A DNA stretch of 38,351 nt from a virus (Duplodnaviria > Caudoviricetes): positions 1-38,351 of IMG/VR virus record IMGVR_UViG_3300018070_000009, one strand, 5' to 3'. Each line of letters opens with the position of its first letter. Position 1 is the first letter of the stretch. The notes beneath the pieces are model-generated. The model made no database searches. It had not been told where the DNA came from and worked only from the letters and a program-made list of their open reading frames with translations. Made by a program: the position numbers and the translations under genes. Shown in pieces: positions 26,521 through 38,000 of this stretch.

Positions 26521-27987
26521 TTATTTTACATTATCAAATTCTTGTTTAGAATACCATTTACCTTTATATTGATACATTTTTTCTCCTGTGGATTTATTTG
26601 TTGCTGTTTTTTCAGGCGCTATTTTAGTTTGTTTAGTAATCTTAATACCCGATTCTTCTGCTTTTTGTTTTCCTTTTGGAGTTATATCGTAAGGTATTTG
26701 ATCTATTTCTTTAGATAACTTTTTAAATCTATCCTTAAGTTTATTTTTTAATTCAGGAGTAAAATCTAAACCTTTACTAACACCTTCCTCTGTCCTAGTT
26801 ATTAATATAGCTTTAAGTTTGTATCCTGATTTTAAACTACCATCTTCATTCCTATAAGGCACATCCTTAGAAACTATCATTTTATTGCCAACTACAGGAA
26901 CATATTTTATTTCTGGGTATTTTAAAATAATATCATTACCAACTTCTACTTTTTGTTTTTCACCAGTTTCCATATCGTAATAATCTCTTGCTGTAGCAAC
27001 GCCCGCTATACTACCTGGAAATGAATAATTACCCCACACATCTACATCCTTATTTTTTGATACACCAGGAATTTTAGAAGCATTAATACTTATTACATCA
27101 CTAGGTGTTTCATAATTGATATTACCAGTTAATATTTGTCCAGATACTTCCCTGCCTTTTGGTGCAAACTTTTCATCTATTTTAGGTTTAAAAGCAAGTT
27201 TAGCGTTATTCTCCCAATTCCAATCTACAATAGCATTACCACGTTGATCATCTTCACCTTTATACTTTGCAAGATATTTATTTTTTTCAGCATCAAGAAG
27301 TGAATTAAAATCTTCCGTTACAGTTCTATACAACCCAGAATGCTTAGGATCAAAAAGATCGTATTTAGATTGTTCCTTCATTTCCTGTTCTGACATTGGA
27401 ACTTCTTCGGTAATTATTTTACCATCTTTTTTAGTAACAGATTGTTGCCTAGTTCCTTTCCAAGGTTCTTTTTGTGAATAATAACCCTTTAAATCTCCTA
27501 CCCTTGGAGGTAAAAGCAAATCATCATCAAGTTCACCTGTACTTAACCAATTAATAACTTTTTTTCTAAAATTATTTTTATCAAACTTGATACCATAAGG
27601 ATCTTGAGATATTAAATTTTCAGCTTGTGTATATTTATCTTGATTAGCTTTTGCTTGTTGTTGCCAACTAAATAAAGCATCCTTATGACTTTGAATTTCA
27701 ATCCTATCTTGTAGTGTCGGTTTATTTCCAGATCTATAATATACATCAGTAAGGAAATCCTGAAATTCTTCAATCTGGTTTCCTTGTTTTTTCTGCCAAT
27801 AAGTAGACATATTATAAACAGGGTCTACTTTAGCTTGCTGCAAATATTCAACTTCAGATTGCTTTCTTTCCTGTTCTTCCTGTAATTGCTTTTGACGATA
27901 TATGTTGCTAAATTGGGTTAATTGTTTATTAATATCAACACCAATAGGTATTTCTTTAGGAGCTCTTGTATATGATGATATAGCCAT
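26521..27987 (-). CDS. Probable internal virion (ejection/cargo) protein
   Basis: Gln/Lys-rich helical N-terminal half; C-terminal TATNKSTGEK...GKW; lies between muzzle and polyvalent genes. Confidence 0.65.
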   Translation of the reverse strand: MAISSYTRAPKEIPIGVDINKQLTQFSNIYRQKQLQEEQERKQSEVEYLQQAKVDPVYNMSTYWQKKQGNQIEEFQDFLTDVYYRSGNKPTLQDRIEIQSHKDALFSWQQQAKANQDKYTQAENLISQDPYGIKFDKNNFRKKVINWLSTGELDDDLLLPPRVGDLKGYYSQKEPWKGTRQQSVTKKDGKIITEEVPMSEQEMKEQSKYDLFDPKHSGLYRTVTEDFNSLLDAEKNKYLAKYKGEDDQRGNAIVDWNWENNAKLAFKPKIDEKFAPKGREVSGQILTGNINYETPSDVISINASKIPGVSKNKDVDVWGNYSFPGSIAGVATARDYYDMETGEKQKVEVGNDIILKYPEIKYVPVVGNKMIVSKDVPYRNEDGSLKSGYKLKAILITRTEEGVSKGLDFTPELKNKLKDRFKKLSKEIDQIPYDITPKGKQKAEESGIKITKQTKIAPEKTATNKSTGEKMYQYKGKWYSKQEFDNVK

Positions 27988-28673
27988 TATAAATTAGGTG
28001 TTGATCTTAAACTAGAAGTATCTAACTGTGTATTACCTTGACCTAAATCTAATAAAGTGCTAGCTTGATTTTGACTAGACATATTAGGAGCATTACTTGT
28101 ACCACTTTTTTGACCAGCATTCATCCCTAAATAATTCATAGCCGAACCAGTCATACCGCCCAATCCCTGGTTGACCATTCCTTGTCCAGCTTCATATTTA
28201 TTAATAGCCCTATTATACTTTCTCTGCCAAGGTGCATTTACATTGTACTCAAATTCTTGGTCAGCATATTTTGCTGACTCTTGTAATGCTTGTGATAATC
28301 TATCTTGTTGTCCTTGATGGTATTGAGCTTGTTGAGTAGCTAAATTATTATAAGCGCCAACTTCTGACTGGTATAATTTATTAATAGACCCAACATCTAA
28401 ACCACCTGATTCTTGAAGTTTAGATAACATTCCCTGGGTAGCCTGTTGAGTATTTTGAGTAAGCTGTGTTGTACCTGGCATTTGTGATCCCATACCAGAT
28501 TTAGCCATTTCTAAATATTGCTTAATCTCAGTTGGTCGTGTATAAGTTGGTGCTTTTTTTTCAAGTTCACGCATTTGTTTATTAGCTTGCCCTGATTTAA
28601 TACCACCCCATACTGTTTCTCCTAAACCAACACCCATTCCTATGCCCGATGATATTGCTGATAAGTTAGCCAT
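27987..28673 (-). CDS. Probable ejection/cargo protein with Gly-rich hydrophobic segments
   Basis: AISSGIGMGVGLG N-terminus, Q/A-rich helices and GLGGMTGSAM; directly after the muzzle gene. Confidence 0.7.
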   Translation of the reverse strand: MANLSAISSGIGMGVGLGETVWGGIKSGQANKQMRELEKKAPTYTRPTEIKQYLEMAKSGMGSQMPGTTQLTQNTQQATQGMLSKLQESGGLDVGSINKLYQSEVGAYNNLATQQAQYHQGQQDRLSQALQESAKYADQEFEYNVNAPWQRKYNRAINKYEAGQGMVNQGLGGMTGSAMNYLGMNAGQKSGTSNAPNMSSQNQASTLLDLGQGNTQLDTSSLRSTPNL

Positions 28674-28705
28674 ATATTTATGTTTATAACATAGTTTAAT
28701 TATTA

Positions 28706-28713
28706 CAAAATTA
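28706..28713 (-). promoter_or_regulatory. Bacteroidota-type -7 element TAATTTTG
   Basis: Matches TAnnTTTG in the 49-nt gap upstream of the cargo genes. Confidence 0.4.
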
Positions 28714-28722
28714 ACAAATTAT

Positions 28723-31700
28723 TTAATACTTATTACTTGCATCATATCCAACCTCGCACTCTAATATCCATACCTCAACATCTTCCAAATTTTCAATTTG
28801 ATGTTTTAAATAATTACCTCTTAATGTATCTCCATTAAATAAATCTAAAACCGATTCTGCGGAAGATGTAGTTAACATATTATTTAAATAGTCAGAATAA
28901 AATTGACCTTCTTTTAGTTCAAACCTAGTAGCTGGTATCTTAGATTTCATTCCCCTAGTATAAGAAGCATCTGCTTCTATCAATAATATAGGTACATCCC
29001 ATTTCTTATTAGACTTAATACCTAGCATTCTAAATATTTTCTTAGCTAATGGTAGTGCATTAGAATACCAATTTATTTGTTGTTTATATTTTACTCCATA
29101 AAAAGTACATCTATTTACATTATTTGAATTATGGCTATATCCTAGCCCATTTTTAAAAGAAAGTAATTCTGTCCCTACATAAGCATAATGTTCGGGGATA
29201 AACGAAAAATAACTAATCCATCTTGGCTTAGACCCTTCCATTTCAGAGTCATAAAATCCTAATGTTTCTGAATTGCCAGATATAATAAAAGTTATAAGGT
29301 ACATTTTATTTTCTTCATCAAAAGAACCTATTATATCTACATTACCTATCCCAACTCCTAATATTTCTTTAAATTTATTTTTAAAATAAGTCCTCATTCC
29401 ATATTCAGAAATAGGATATTGTCCGTTTGGACTCGATCTTATAATTTCACCAGTATATATATCCGGGTAGTATATATTCCTATTATGTGAAACTACTGCT
29501 TTTGGAAATATACAACCCCTATTTTCATCAGCACTATTAGCTGTACCTAAAACACTTGTAGATGAAATTATATTAGATGATCCATCAGAATTTTTCATTT
29601 CAGTTCTACCGACATATATAGAAGTTTCTTTTTTATCTTGCAAAACTTTAAGCACATTTCCAACTTCTTTTAAAGAATTAATACCACCAAATTTCTCTTT
29701 TAATTCATTTAATATATCTTCTGATTTAAATTTATTCAGCCTATTAATCTTAGTATCTTGTATTAAAGCACCCCCATATCTTAAAGATGATGTTAAGTTA
29801 ATTTCTCCAGCATCTTGATCATAATAATTTGGCGATTTAACTCCACAATAATTAGAAGTATAAAAATCAGTATAACTACCATCTACGCAAATAAACATAC
29901 GTTTTGCAAATCTCTGCCTATAATAACAGTCTCCAAAATTAGAACTTAATTTAGCTGGTACTGTTGATGGTGTTATTGGGTTTTGATTCTGGCTATCTCC
30001 TATATGATAATTATTACTTGTCCCTGGATTACCAATAGCATGTATGGTATCGTGGAAATAAAAAACCTTTTCAGTAATCTTTTTATTACGATATATTTCA
30101 ATAGTAAAAGAAATATAAGTAGGTGCTAAATAAGTATATAAATATTCATTATTTTTAATATCAATAACAATAAAAGAACTAGATGTATCATATATTTTAT
30201 TACCATTAATATCAAGAATATAATCAATATTAGTACTATAATCCTTCATGTAACTTATATCATCTTTAGGGTATTCTTGTCCAATAATTCTAAATACAGA
30301 AGTACCATCTTTAGTAACAGAACTAGTATAAGCTAACATGATCATTAACATATCTCCATTTTCCCATTCATATGATGGTAATGTACTATTTTTAACTAAT
30401 TCTCTCGATTTGTTTAATATTTTTTGTAACCTAATTCTCAAATACCCATCAGTACCAAAAAAATAATCCTGGTCTAAAACAATTTTTAATTGTAAAAAGA
30501 AATCAACTTTATTTCTTTTTGAAAATGCCAAACAATAATAATATGCCCAAGTAGGTGGTTTATTTTTTATCCATATTTCAAAATAAGATGGAAATGATGT
30601 TTCTCCTCCAAAAGGAGTATTTATTACTGATGGAAACCTATTAACAGTCGAATATCTTAAATCTTTATCAAAATACACTATGCTACCTAAATATGAATCT
30701 ATATTCTTTAAAGTTTTAACACTAGGTAAAGGAAGGTAACTATGAAGGTCTATACTTAAAATATTACAAGTATTATTTCCATTATAATCGGATGAATTTT
30801 CGAAATATGGTATCCTCATCATCCTTATGCAATTAGTATGTCCACTATCTGTCCAAGGATAATCAAAATGATATGTCGGGTTATAAAAACCTCCATATTT
30901 CCAACAATCATCTGCAAATATATTACCTAGTTGAGCAAAAAAATAAGCCATAATATTTTGCCTAGTAGTAGTGGATGTTGCTGGATATATTAAATATATA
31001 TCATCATTAGTAGTAGCTAGGTCAACAGATATATTTACATCATTATCTATAAACTTATAGGCTTCTGCTATATTTGTTATTTCAGCAGATTTAACCAATC
31101 TTAATGGGAGATGTAATATTACACAACTTATCCCGTTTGATCCAAATGTAATAGAATCTATAGTGAAATACCAATAATAACTATCCATACGAGAATATAC
31201 AGTTGCATTTTGCTGATCCCAAGTAAAACTTTTATTTCGTACATAACTATTAACATTTACAATTGTAGGATCAAATTCTTCTGTAATATTCCCAAGCGCT
31301 ATCTTATCTTTTTCTATTATCTCTAATGAAGTAGCTAATTTAGGGATAAAATCATAAGGTCTATTTATATCATCTTGGTCTATTTCTTCTTTTAACTTAG
31401 AATTATCAAAAGTATACGTAGTAACACCGGTCGTTTCTATAGTATCATATAAATACCAATTAGTATTTTCATTTTCTCTTACAAACAACTCGGTCCTTAA
31501 AATATCTTTAGTAGTAGGAATTGTGAAAGTTAACACTATTTGATCATAAGACGCATATAACCCATAACCATTAGATAAAAAAGTGTAATCACACCAAAAC
31601 ATTTCTGAAAATTGACTTAATACACTTTTTTGGTAATCTACATAAGTATATCTAAGAGCAAATTGAAATGATTTACCTGTTAATAAGTCGGTTGAATTAT

Positions 31701-32262
31701 TTACACCTGTTAATGTTATAACTCCATCATATGGTTTTTTGTATAACCTACACATATCTACAGTTAATGTAGAATATTTATAAGTAGTACTTATGCTATT
31801 AGTATAATTGTATGCCCTAATGTAATTAATTTCCATTACTGGTTGATTACCATCAGTCCAAGTCAAAAAATCACCTACTATGGCAGCATTTATTACAGAT
31901 GTATATGTAAATAATAATCCTATATTACCAAATATTAATTTATTACTACCATCAGTTATGTCATAATAAAAAATACCTGAATACCTACTTCCATCACTAG
32001 AATTAGATACCATATAAATAATCCTATTCCGGGCTTCATCTATACATGATCCTACTACTTTTATAGTATAACTTATATTAAATAATGAATTTAATAATGA
32101 TTGATCCGTTACCAATTCATTACCTTTTATATTTACAGCTACACCAAACCTACCATCTGATTGAATAATAGTATTTAATGTATAATCTGATCCTTTATTT
32201 ATTTTAGGATCAGAATCTATATCTAAATAAGTTTCACCAAGTATTTTTATATCTTTTTCCAT
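28723..32262 (-). CDS. Tail muzzle / stabilisation protein (crAss-like)
   Basis: 1179 aa; NIKGN, FQFALRYTYVD..KSVLS, WISYFSFIPE, KEGQFY and GDTLRGNY motifs; follows the ring genes. Confidence 0.8.
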   Translation of the reverse strand: MEKDIKILGETYLDIDSDPKINKGSDYTLNTIIQSDGRFGVAVNIKGNELVTDQSLLNSLFNISYTIKVVGSCIDEARNRIIYMVSNSSDGSRYSGIFYYDITDGSNKLIFGNIGLLFTYTSVINAAIVGDFLTWTDGNQPVMEINYIRAYNYTNSISTTYKYSTLTVDMCRLYKKPYDGVITLTGVNNSTDLLTGKSFQFALRYTYVDYQKSVLSQFSEMFWCDYTFLSNGYGLYASYDQIVLTFTIPTTKDILRTELFVRENENTNWYLYDTIETTGVTTYTFDNSKLKEEIDQDDINRPYDFIPKLATSLEIIEKDKIALGNITEEFDPTIVNVNSYVRNKSFTWDQQNATVYSRMDSYYWYFTIDSITFGSNGISCVILHLPLRLVKSAEITNIAEAYKFIDNDVNISVDLATTNDDIYLIYPATSTTTRQNIMAYFFAQLGNIFADDCWKYGGFYNPTYHFDYPWTDSGHTNCIRMMRIPYFENSSDYNGNNTCNILSIDLHSYLPLPSVKTLKNIDSYLGSIVYFDKDLRYSTVNRFPSVINTPFGGETSFPSYFEIWIKNKPPTWAYYYCLAFSKRNKVDFFLQLKIVLDQDYFFGTDGYLRIRLQKILNKSRELVKNSTLPSYEWENGDMLMIMLAYTSSVTKDGTSVFRIIGQEYPKDDISYMKDYSTNIDYILDINGNKIYDTSSSFIVIDIKNNEYLYTYLAPTYISFTIEIYRNKKITEKVFYFHDTIHAIGNPGTSNNYHIGDSQNQNPITPSTVPAKLSSNFGDCYYRQRFAKRMFICVDGSYTDFYTSNYCGVKSPNYYDQDAGEINLTSSLRYGGALIQDTKINRLNKFKSEDILNELKEKFGGINSLKEVGNVLKVLQDKKETSIYVGRTEMKNSDGSSNIISSTSVLGTANSADENRGCIFPKAVVSHNRNIYYPDIYTGEIIRSSPNGQYPISEYGMRTYFKNKFKEILGVGIGNVDIIGSFDEENKMYLITFIISGNSETLGFYDSEMEGSKPRWISYFSFIPEHYAYVGTELLSFKNGLGYSHNSNNVNRCTFYGVKYKQQINWYSNALPLAKKIFRMLGIKSNKKWDVPILLIEADASYTRGMKSKIPATRFELKEGQFYSDYLNNMLTTSSAESVLDLFNGDTLRGNYLKHQIENLEDVEVWILECEVGYDASNKY

Positions 32263-32972
32263 TATCTTGTATAAGTTCCTGAATATTCAGATAATAAAGC
32301 ATCATAAAGTTCATCTAAAGTAGGGTCTTCAAATGCAATCAACTTATTACATTCTTGCTCATATAAATCTTTAAAATAATCCGATCCCTTATAATCTATA
32401 GGTTCTCTTAATTTAATTTTCCATCTTACATAGTTTATAATGGCTTCTTTAAACCTAATAGGTATAACTGTATCTTTATCCGTAACTCCAGAACTAATGT
32501 ATCCTAATATAATATTAATAGGATTAGCCCCAATAAGAAAAAATCTTCTATTTACCTCATCCTCAGAATAATAAAAACTATTTTTTCCACCTGTAGCTGC
32601 ATATCCAACAATTTGACCTTCTATAGGGATAACACCTTCACCTTGTTCACTATTTAATGTTTCCTGTCCATTTACAAGAGTTGTAGTAGTTATTAATTCA
32701 TTTTTCCTAGTTAATGTCCATATCCTACCATCTGCCGTAGGAATACCTAAGTAACAAAGTCCAACATAATCATCGGGCCAATCAATGGTATTTGTTTGTA
32801 TATCAACCGTGACTTTAGCTATTTTATATTTTTTAGTATGAAACATATGTAAGTCACGAATAGCATTAAGGGCAAATTGACCTATGTATTTCCAATTTTC
32901 AAGTCCATATCCGCCTTCAAAATGAATATCTTTTACTATCTGTTTTAATGTTCTGTATCCAGGAGTATCCAT
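32262..32972 (-). CDS. Tail ring/adaptor protein
   Basis: WPDDYV, LGYISSG and EAIINYVRWK; synteny with crAss-like ring proteins. Confidence 0.7.
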   Translation of the reverse strand: MDTPGYRTLKQIVKDIHFEGGYGLENWKYIGQFALNAIRDLHMFHTKKYKIAKVTVDIQTNTIDWPDDYVGLCYLGIPTADGRIWTLTRKNELITTTTLVNGQETLNSEQGEGVIPIEGQIVGYAATGGKNSFYYSEDEVNRRFFLIGANPINIILGYISSGVTDKDTVIPIRFKEAIINYVRWKIKLREPIDYKGSDYFKDLYEQECNKLIAFEDPTLDELYDALLSEYSGTYTR

Positions 32973-33577
32973 TATGCTTTTTCATTTTGATTATTTAACT
33001 TATCAACAGGAATTAAATTATACATTTGACGTATAATATTTATTACTTCCAAATCTTGACCACTAGGAATAGGTACATCTTCACTTAAATCCCATTCTGT
33101 AAAATCAATCACCAAATCCATTTTTACAGCCGTAATAATCGGATCAAAATTGTAATAAGTAATAATACTACCACTAAGAGAATATCCTATTACATCATCA
33201 ATACTATCAAATTCTCCACCATATAATAATTCTCTTTCATTCATTTGAATTGGAGCAAAAGCCACATCACGACCAAGCATGTCATTAATATTCCAAATAC
33301 CATCTCCACATATTGGATATTGAATAACTTTTGCTGGAAGATTAGAATAATAAACTTGAGTAGCGGAATCATAATTTACAGCTATATTAGTATATTGTTT
33401 AGAATATCTATCTAAATTAGATGGGTCTTTTTTAAATGTTTGAAAAAATATAGTATTTAAAGCGGCAGATATATCTAATTCAATACGTCTCGGATCAGCT
33501 AAATGTATCCTGTCAACCGTTTCTTTTCCTCCAAAAATATTTAATCTTATTAATTCTATATATTTAGATTTTATCAT
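32972..33577 (-). CDS. Tail ring/adaptor protein
   Basis: YSNLP...VPIP...DKLNN pattern; coupled within the ring cluster. Confidence 0.6.
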   Translation of the reverse strand: MIKSKYIELIRLNIFGGKETVDRIHLADPRRIELDISAALNTIFFQTFKKDPSNLDRYSKQYTNIAVNYDSATQVYYSNLPAKVIQYPICGDGIWNINDMLGRDVAFAPIQMNERELLYGGEFDSIDDVIGYSLSGSIITYYNFDPIITAVKMDLVIDFTEWDLSEDVPIPSGQDLEVINIIRQMYNLIPVDKLNNQNEKA

Positions 33578-34323
33578 GATTGTTTACCCTCCACTTCTCT
33601 TACATAAGCTCTTATTTGTTCGTCTTTTAAGTTTATACCAATTTTTTGTAAAACTTCATTACAAAAATCTACATGCCAAAGTTCATTCCAATCTAATTCT
33701 ACTGTTAATGATGTTACGGTAGTCCCGGCTGTTTGTCCAGCAGAACCAGTTTCACCGGTTGTTAATAAATGGGTTGCTCCTGCAGCTAAATATACTAAAT
33801 TTAAATTTGCATCATAATAATAATCAAATACTGGTGTTACTGGATTTTTCATGAATACAAACTCAGCAGTAGTTATATTTGTAGGATATACTTTGATGGT
33901 ATTTCCTAGTATCATAGCTCCTGGATAATCTTCTAATTGTTTGGTGATTAAATTAGTCCTCCTATCAGTCAAATCCTTATCGGTAAGTATTTCTATTTCC
34001 CGGTAAGACCCATTATATAAAGTAATCATACTTAACCAATAAGCATAACTACCAATTAATGTAGTAATGTCAAATATCCCAGAAGTAAAAGTTATATTTT
34101 CAGTTACATGAAATTCTCTTAATGCCATATGTTCGTAAAGAGTTTTATTAAAAGGCATCCTAGATTGTATGGCCAGTAATTGTGCTTCTTGCACTTTACG
34201 ATTGAACATATTTATATCAGAAGCGGGAAATATAAAATTTAATTGATCCGGTTTTAAAGTAGATCCACTATTCTCTTTTACACAAATATAATTTACATAT
34301 TTTAATACCTGGTTAAGTGTCAT
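33574..34323 (-). CDS. Tail ring/adaptor protein, paralog of 34327-35013
   Basis: Shared blocks MTLNQVL/MNLKEIL, EIEILT/PVEILT, MKNPVTPVF/LRLPVIPIY and VELDWNE/IQLEWPE. Confidence 0.75.
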   Translation of the reverse strand: MTLNQVLKYVNYICVKENSGSTLKPDQLNFIFPASDINMFNRKVQEAQLLAIQSRMPFNKTLYEHMALREFHVTENITFTSGIFDITTLIGSYAYWLSMITLYNGSYREIEILTDKDLTDRRTNLITKQLEDYPGAMILGNTIKVYPTNITTAEFVFMKNPVTPVFDYYYDANLNLVYLAAGATHLLTTGETGSAGQTAGTTVTSLTVELDWNELWHVDFCNEVLQKIGINLKDEQIRAYVREVEGKQS

Positions 34324-34326
34324 AAT

Positions 34327-35013
34327 TTATACTCCTTGTACTTTTTTAGTTTCTATAAAATTAGATAAATTCATATCTTTAGAGGCTGGTGCTAAATAAC
34401 CTACCAACATTCTTACTATATCATTATGGTATTGTTCAGGCCACTCTAATTGAATGGAGTTTGCTGAATCATAAACATCAATTCCATTTTCTTGTTTTAT
34501 GGCATAAATAGGTATCACGGGAAGTCTTAAGTAAGACATACTTATATTTAATAAATCTATAGGATAAAATTGAAAATAAGTATTTTCATAAATAACAATT
34601 GGGTACTCTAATTCTGGGGCAGTAATATAATTACCAATCTTATCATCAGCTTCCTGGTGTGTCAATATTTCAACCGGTCTTTGTCGAGTAGTAATTGAAT
34701 TATAATACCCAATCCTACTTAAATGAACAAATCCAGTTGGATAAGCTAATTGACCATTACTATCTACAGTGTAATTTTGAAAAGGAACTAAAAAAGTTTT
34801 AAGAGCTTCTGTATTTTGTTCAGCCACCTGCCAACCTCTAGCTGTTATGGGTTGTCCTGGTTGCCATTGCTCAGGAGGACCACACCATAATTTAAAATAA
34901 TCATAATTAACAAGTTTTAATAATAAATTAAACCGATCAATTCCTAATTTTATACTAGGATTTTCTTGATTTACTATCGTAGTTACACTATGTAATATTT
35001 CTTTTAAATTCAT
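34327..35013 (-). CDS. Tail ring/adaptor protein
   Basis: YP..F, FYP, YLRLP..P and QLEWPE motifs; paralogous to its neighbour. Confidence 0.75.
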   Translation of the reverse strand: MNLKEILHSVTTIVNQENPSIKLGIDRFNLLLKLVNYDYFKLWCGPPEQWQPGQPITARGWQVAEQNTEALKTFLVPFQNYTVDSNGQLAYPTGFVHLSRIGYYNSITTRQRPVEILTHQEADDKIGNYITAPELEYPIVIYENTYFQFYPIDLLNISMSYLRLPVIPIYAIKQENGIDVYDSANSIQLEWPEQYHNDIVRMLVGYLAPASKDMNLSNFIETKKVQGV

Positions 35014-35020
35014 AATTATA

Positions 35021-38000
35021 TTAATTTACACCTGATGGTTGATACTCTATAGTTCCTAACTTAGCTGTAATACTATTATTATTAGCTAATCCTGCTAATT
35101 TAAATATATTAGTTGTAGTTAAATCTAAAGAAGTTAATTCTGAATAAGTCTGTTCATTTCCTGCTGATGATTTACCTTCAACTGATATTCTAACTATAGA
35201 AGAAGATACTCTTATTAAAAGTACATCTATTACATATGAATAACCTGTATAATCATTAGCTCCCGATGTAAAACATGATATACCTGCAAAATATATAATA
35301 GCAGACGCAGCTGTAGAAGTTCCTTCTATTACAAATTTTACTTTTAATTTATCGCCATTAGTTGTTAATGTATTAGCTGGTACAGTGTAACTATATAAAT
35401 CTGTTTCAGAAGTACCACTAGTAGAAACATCTGTATAAAAATCTTTTATAATACCAGGAACCATAATAAACGTAGAAGAAGTCCCAGCAGTAAGTGCTTC
35501 ACTTCCTTTATATGTTATATACGCCTTCTCAGTACCATTATTTATATAACTTGCTATTTTGGCACCAGAAGTAGATAGTGTATTAACTGTATCAAATTTA
35601 TAAGCAATAGCAGAACTACTATCAACTACTCTAGGATTCATATTTATTCTAACAGTAGTCCCAATAGTTGCTTTTAATACAGATCCAGATATAGTTCCTG
35701 ATGTAGTTGGGTTATCAGAGATGCTTATAATATCTCCTGTTATATTGTAAGTATGAATCCCTGTTCTTTGCAAATCAATTAATTTAGCAGAACAATTACT
35801 ACTTAGTAATGATGATATATCTGCTTTTATAGCACTACCTGTTGTTGTTGACTGTCCATAAATTGCAGTTCCTGTTGTTGCGGTAGCGAATATTCCATTT
35901 GAACTTGAAACTACAATACTTATACCATTACTAGTACCATTGTTAATAGTTATTGCATTACTAGGTAATGAATTTAAAACTATCCTAGTAGCTGAAAATA
36001 ATCCATTATAATTTAATCTAGTTGTAGTATCTGTAGGATCAGTACTACTGCTATCAAGGCATCCTATTGTAGATGCGGCATAAGGAGTGTATTTACTTGT
36101 ACCACTATTCCAGTATAATATATCACTTACCGGAGTAACTCCACCGCCTCCATTGGCAATCCATGATCTCACACCAGCGACTGTAGATGATAATACATAT
36201 CCATCAGTACCAGGATTGCCTAATACTGGTTCAGCATATCCAACTACATAACCTCTATCTACGAGTGTTCTATCTGTAAAATACGAAGAATAGTCAGCAA
36301 TATAAGCAAGTCCACTAGTGGTTAAAGTCACACTTGTACTAACTGGCATAACTTGAGAGTCCATAATTGTAAATGTTATTGCCGGTTCATTCACATTAGA
36401 CCCAAACATAACAAATGATTGTTTAGTACCCCATGTTCCAGAATTATCAGAACCTATAGTAAATGTATTACCTGACGTAGGCATCATGTATATTGTATAT
36501 GCCCCTGTTACAGTGGTATTCTGAGTTAAATCACCACCCCAAACTACTGCTCCACCATCTTCATATAATCCATTTGAAAATGTATTCCCTATGACAACAT
36601 CGTTTATTTTATAATTAGCACCAGTTGGAATATTAATAGATCCATCATATTGTATATCAAATTTCAATGATGAATTGTTATAGAATTGTGCTAATGATCC
36701 ACTGGTTAAAGTAGATGATGTGTCATATTTGTAAGCTAAAGATGTAGATCTTGGATTCAAATAAAATCTTTCAACAGTATTTACAACTCCAGATATTACC
36801 GATCCAAATGTAGCTGGGCTTGTTAAATTATCGATTAATTCTAATAAAGCACCAGTTATATTTAAGCCTGTGATAGATAACCTATTTATAGCTACTGTAG
36901 ACACGGTAGAATCTACAGCATAAGTCTTACTTAAATATGCTGCCCTAGAACTAGAAGATGAAGATGTCAACGTAGCATACACTCCTTCGTAACACTGCAA
37001 TCCTGTAGCATAAAACCATCCATCATAATTGAGCCTAGTAGTATTACTAGGATTAGTTGTCCCGGTATAAAAATACCCATTAGTCTTAGTCCCACCAGAT
37101 GTTTTTAAAACAGAAGTTGTAATATCATTAGTTAAAAATAAATTAGTGGCATAATAATTACCATCATATACTAATTGTGTTGTAGCTGTAGGTAAATCTA
37201 TAGCATCTCTATATAATTTTCCATTAGAAGATGCTCCCCCGGCTTCTGACTTAGTAGTATAAGGCCTAAATGTACTTGTATCCCATTTAAGTATATTATC
37301 TGTGACTGTTATACTTCCTGTTATGGTATTGTATACACCATTGTCAGATAAGTATTTGGTACCATCACCTGTAATAGTTATATATGATGCTTTGTTCCAT
37401 ATTACTTTATTAGCCGCCGTAATCGAAGTGACTGCTATATAATCAGTATACGCAGAAACCAACGAATAGTATGCACCGTCTCTTAAATTTGACAATGTTA
37501 TAGCTGCCCCACTGTCAGCTAAGGCATCTTTAAATATCAAATTATTACTAATATCTGTATATACCTCTACTGTTGATGTTCCAAATATAAATGCCTTAGC
37601 ATTAGCTATTGTAACATTACCACCAAATGTAAGGTCTAATGAACCTAAATCCCCATAAATAATTGGAGTAGAAGAATTAGTATTATGAATATATAATTTA
37701 CCTGTACCTGTTTCTAAATCTCCAGCATTTGGCCCAATTAATAAATTACCTCCTGTTGTATACCTAAAATATTTAGTACTAAAATTATCAGCTAATATAC
37801 TCCCGGTAACTTCTAGTGTTTCTGTCATTGTACCTATACCACCTATACCGACTTTATACCCATACCATATATTACTTCCACTAGGAGTCCAAAAATTAGT
37901 GGCTGTCCCAACTAATTCCGCTAATGTATAAGCAGTTGCTACGACCGAATCATAAAATGTTAAATCGCCTCCTGCACCTTTATGTATATTAGCAGTAGAA

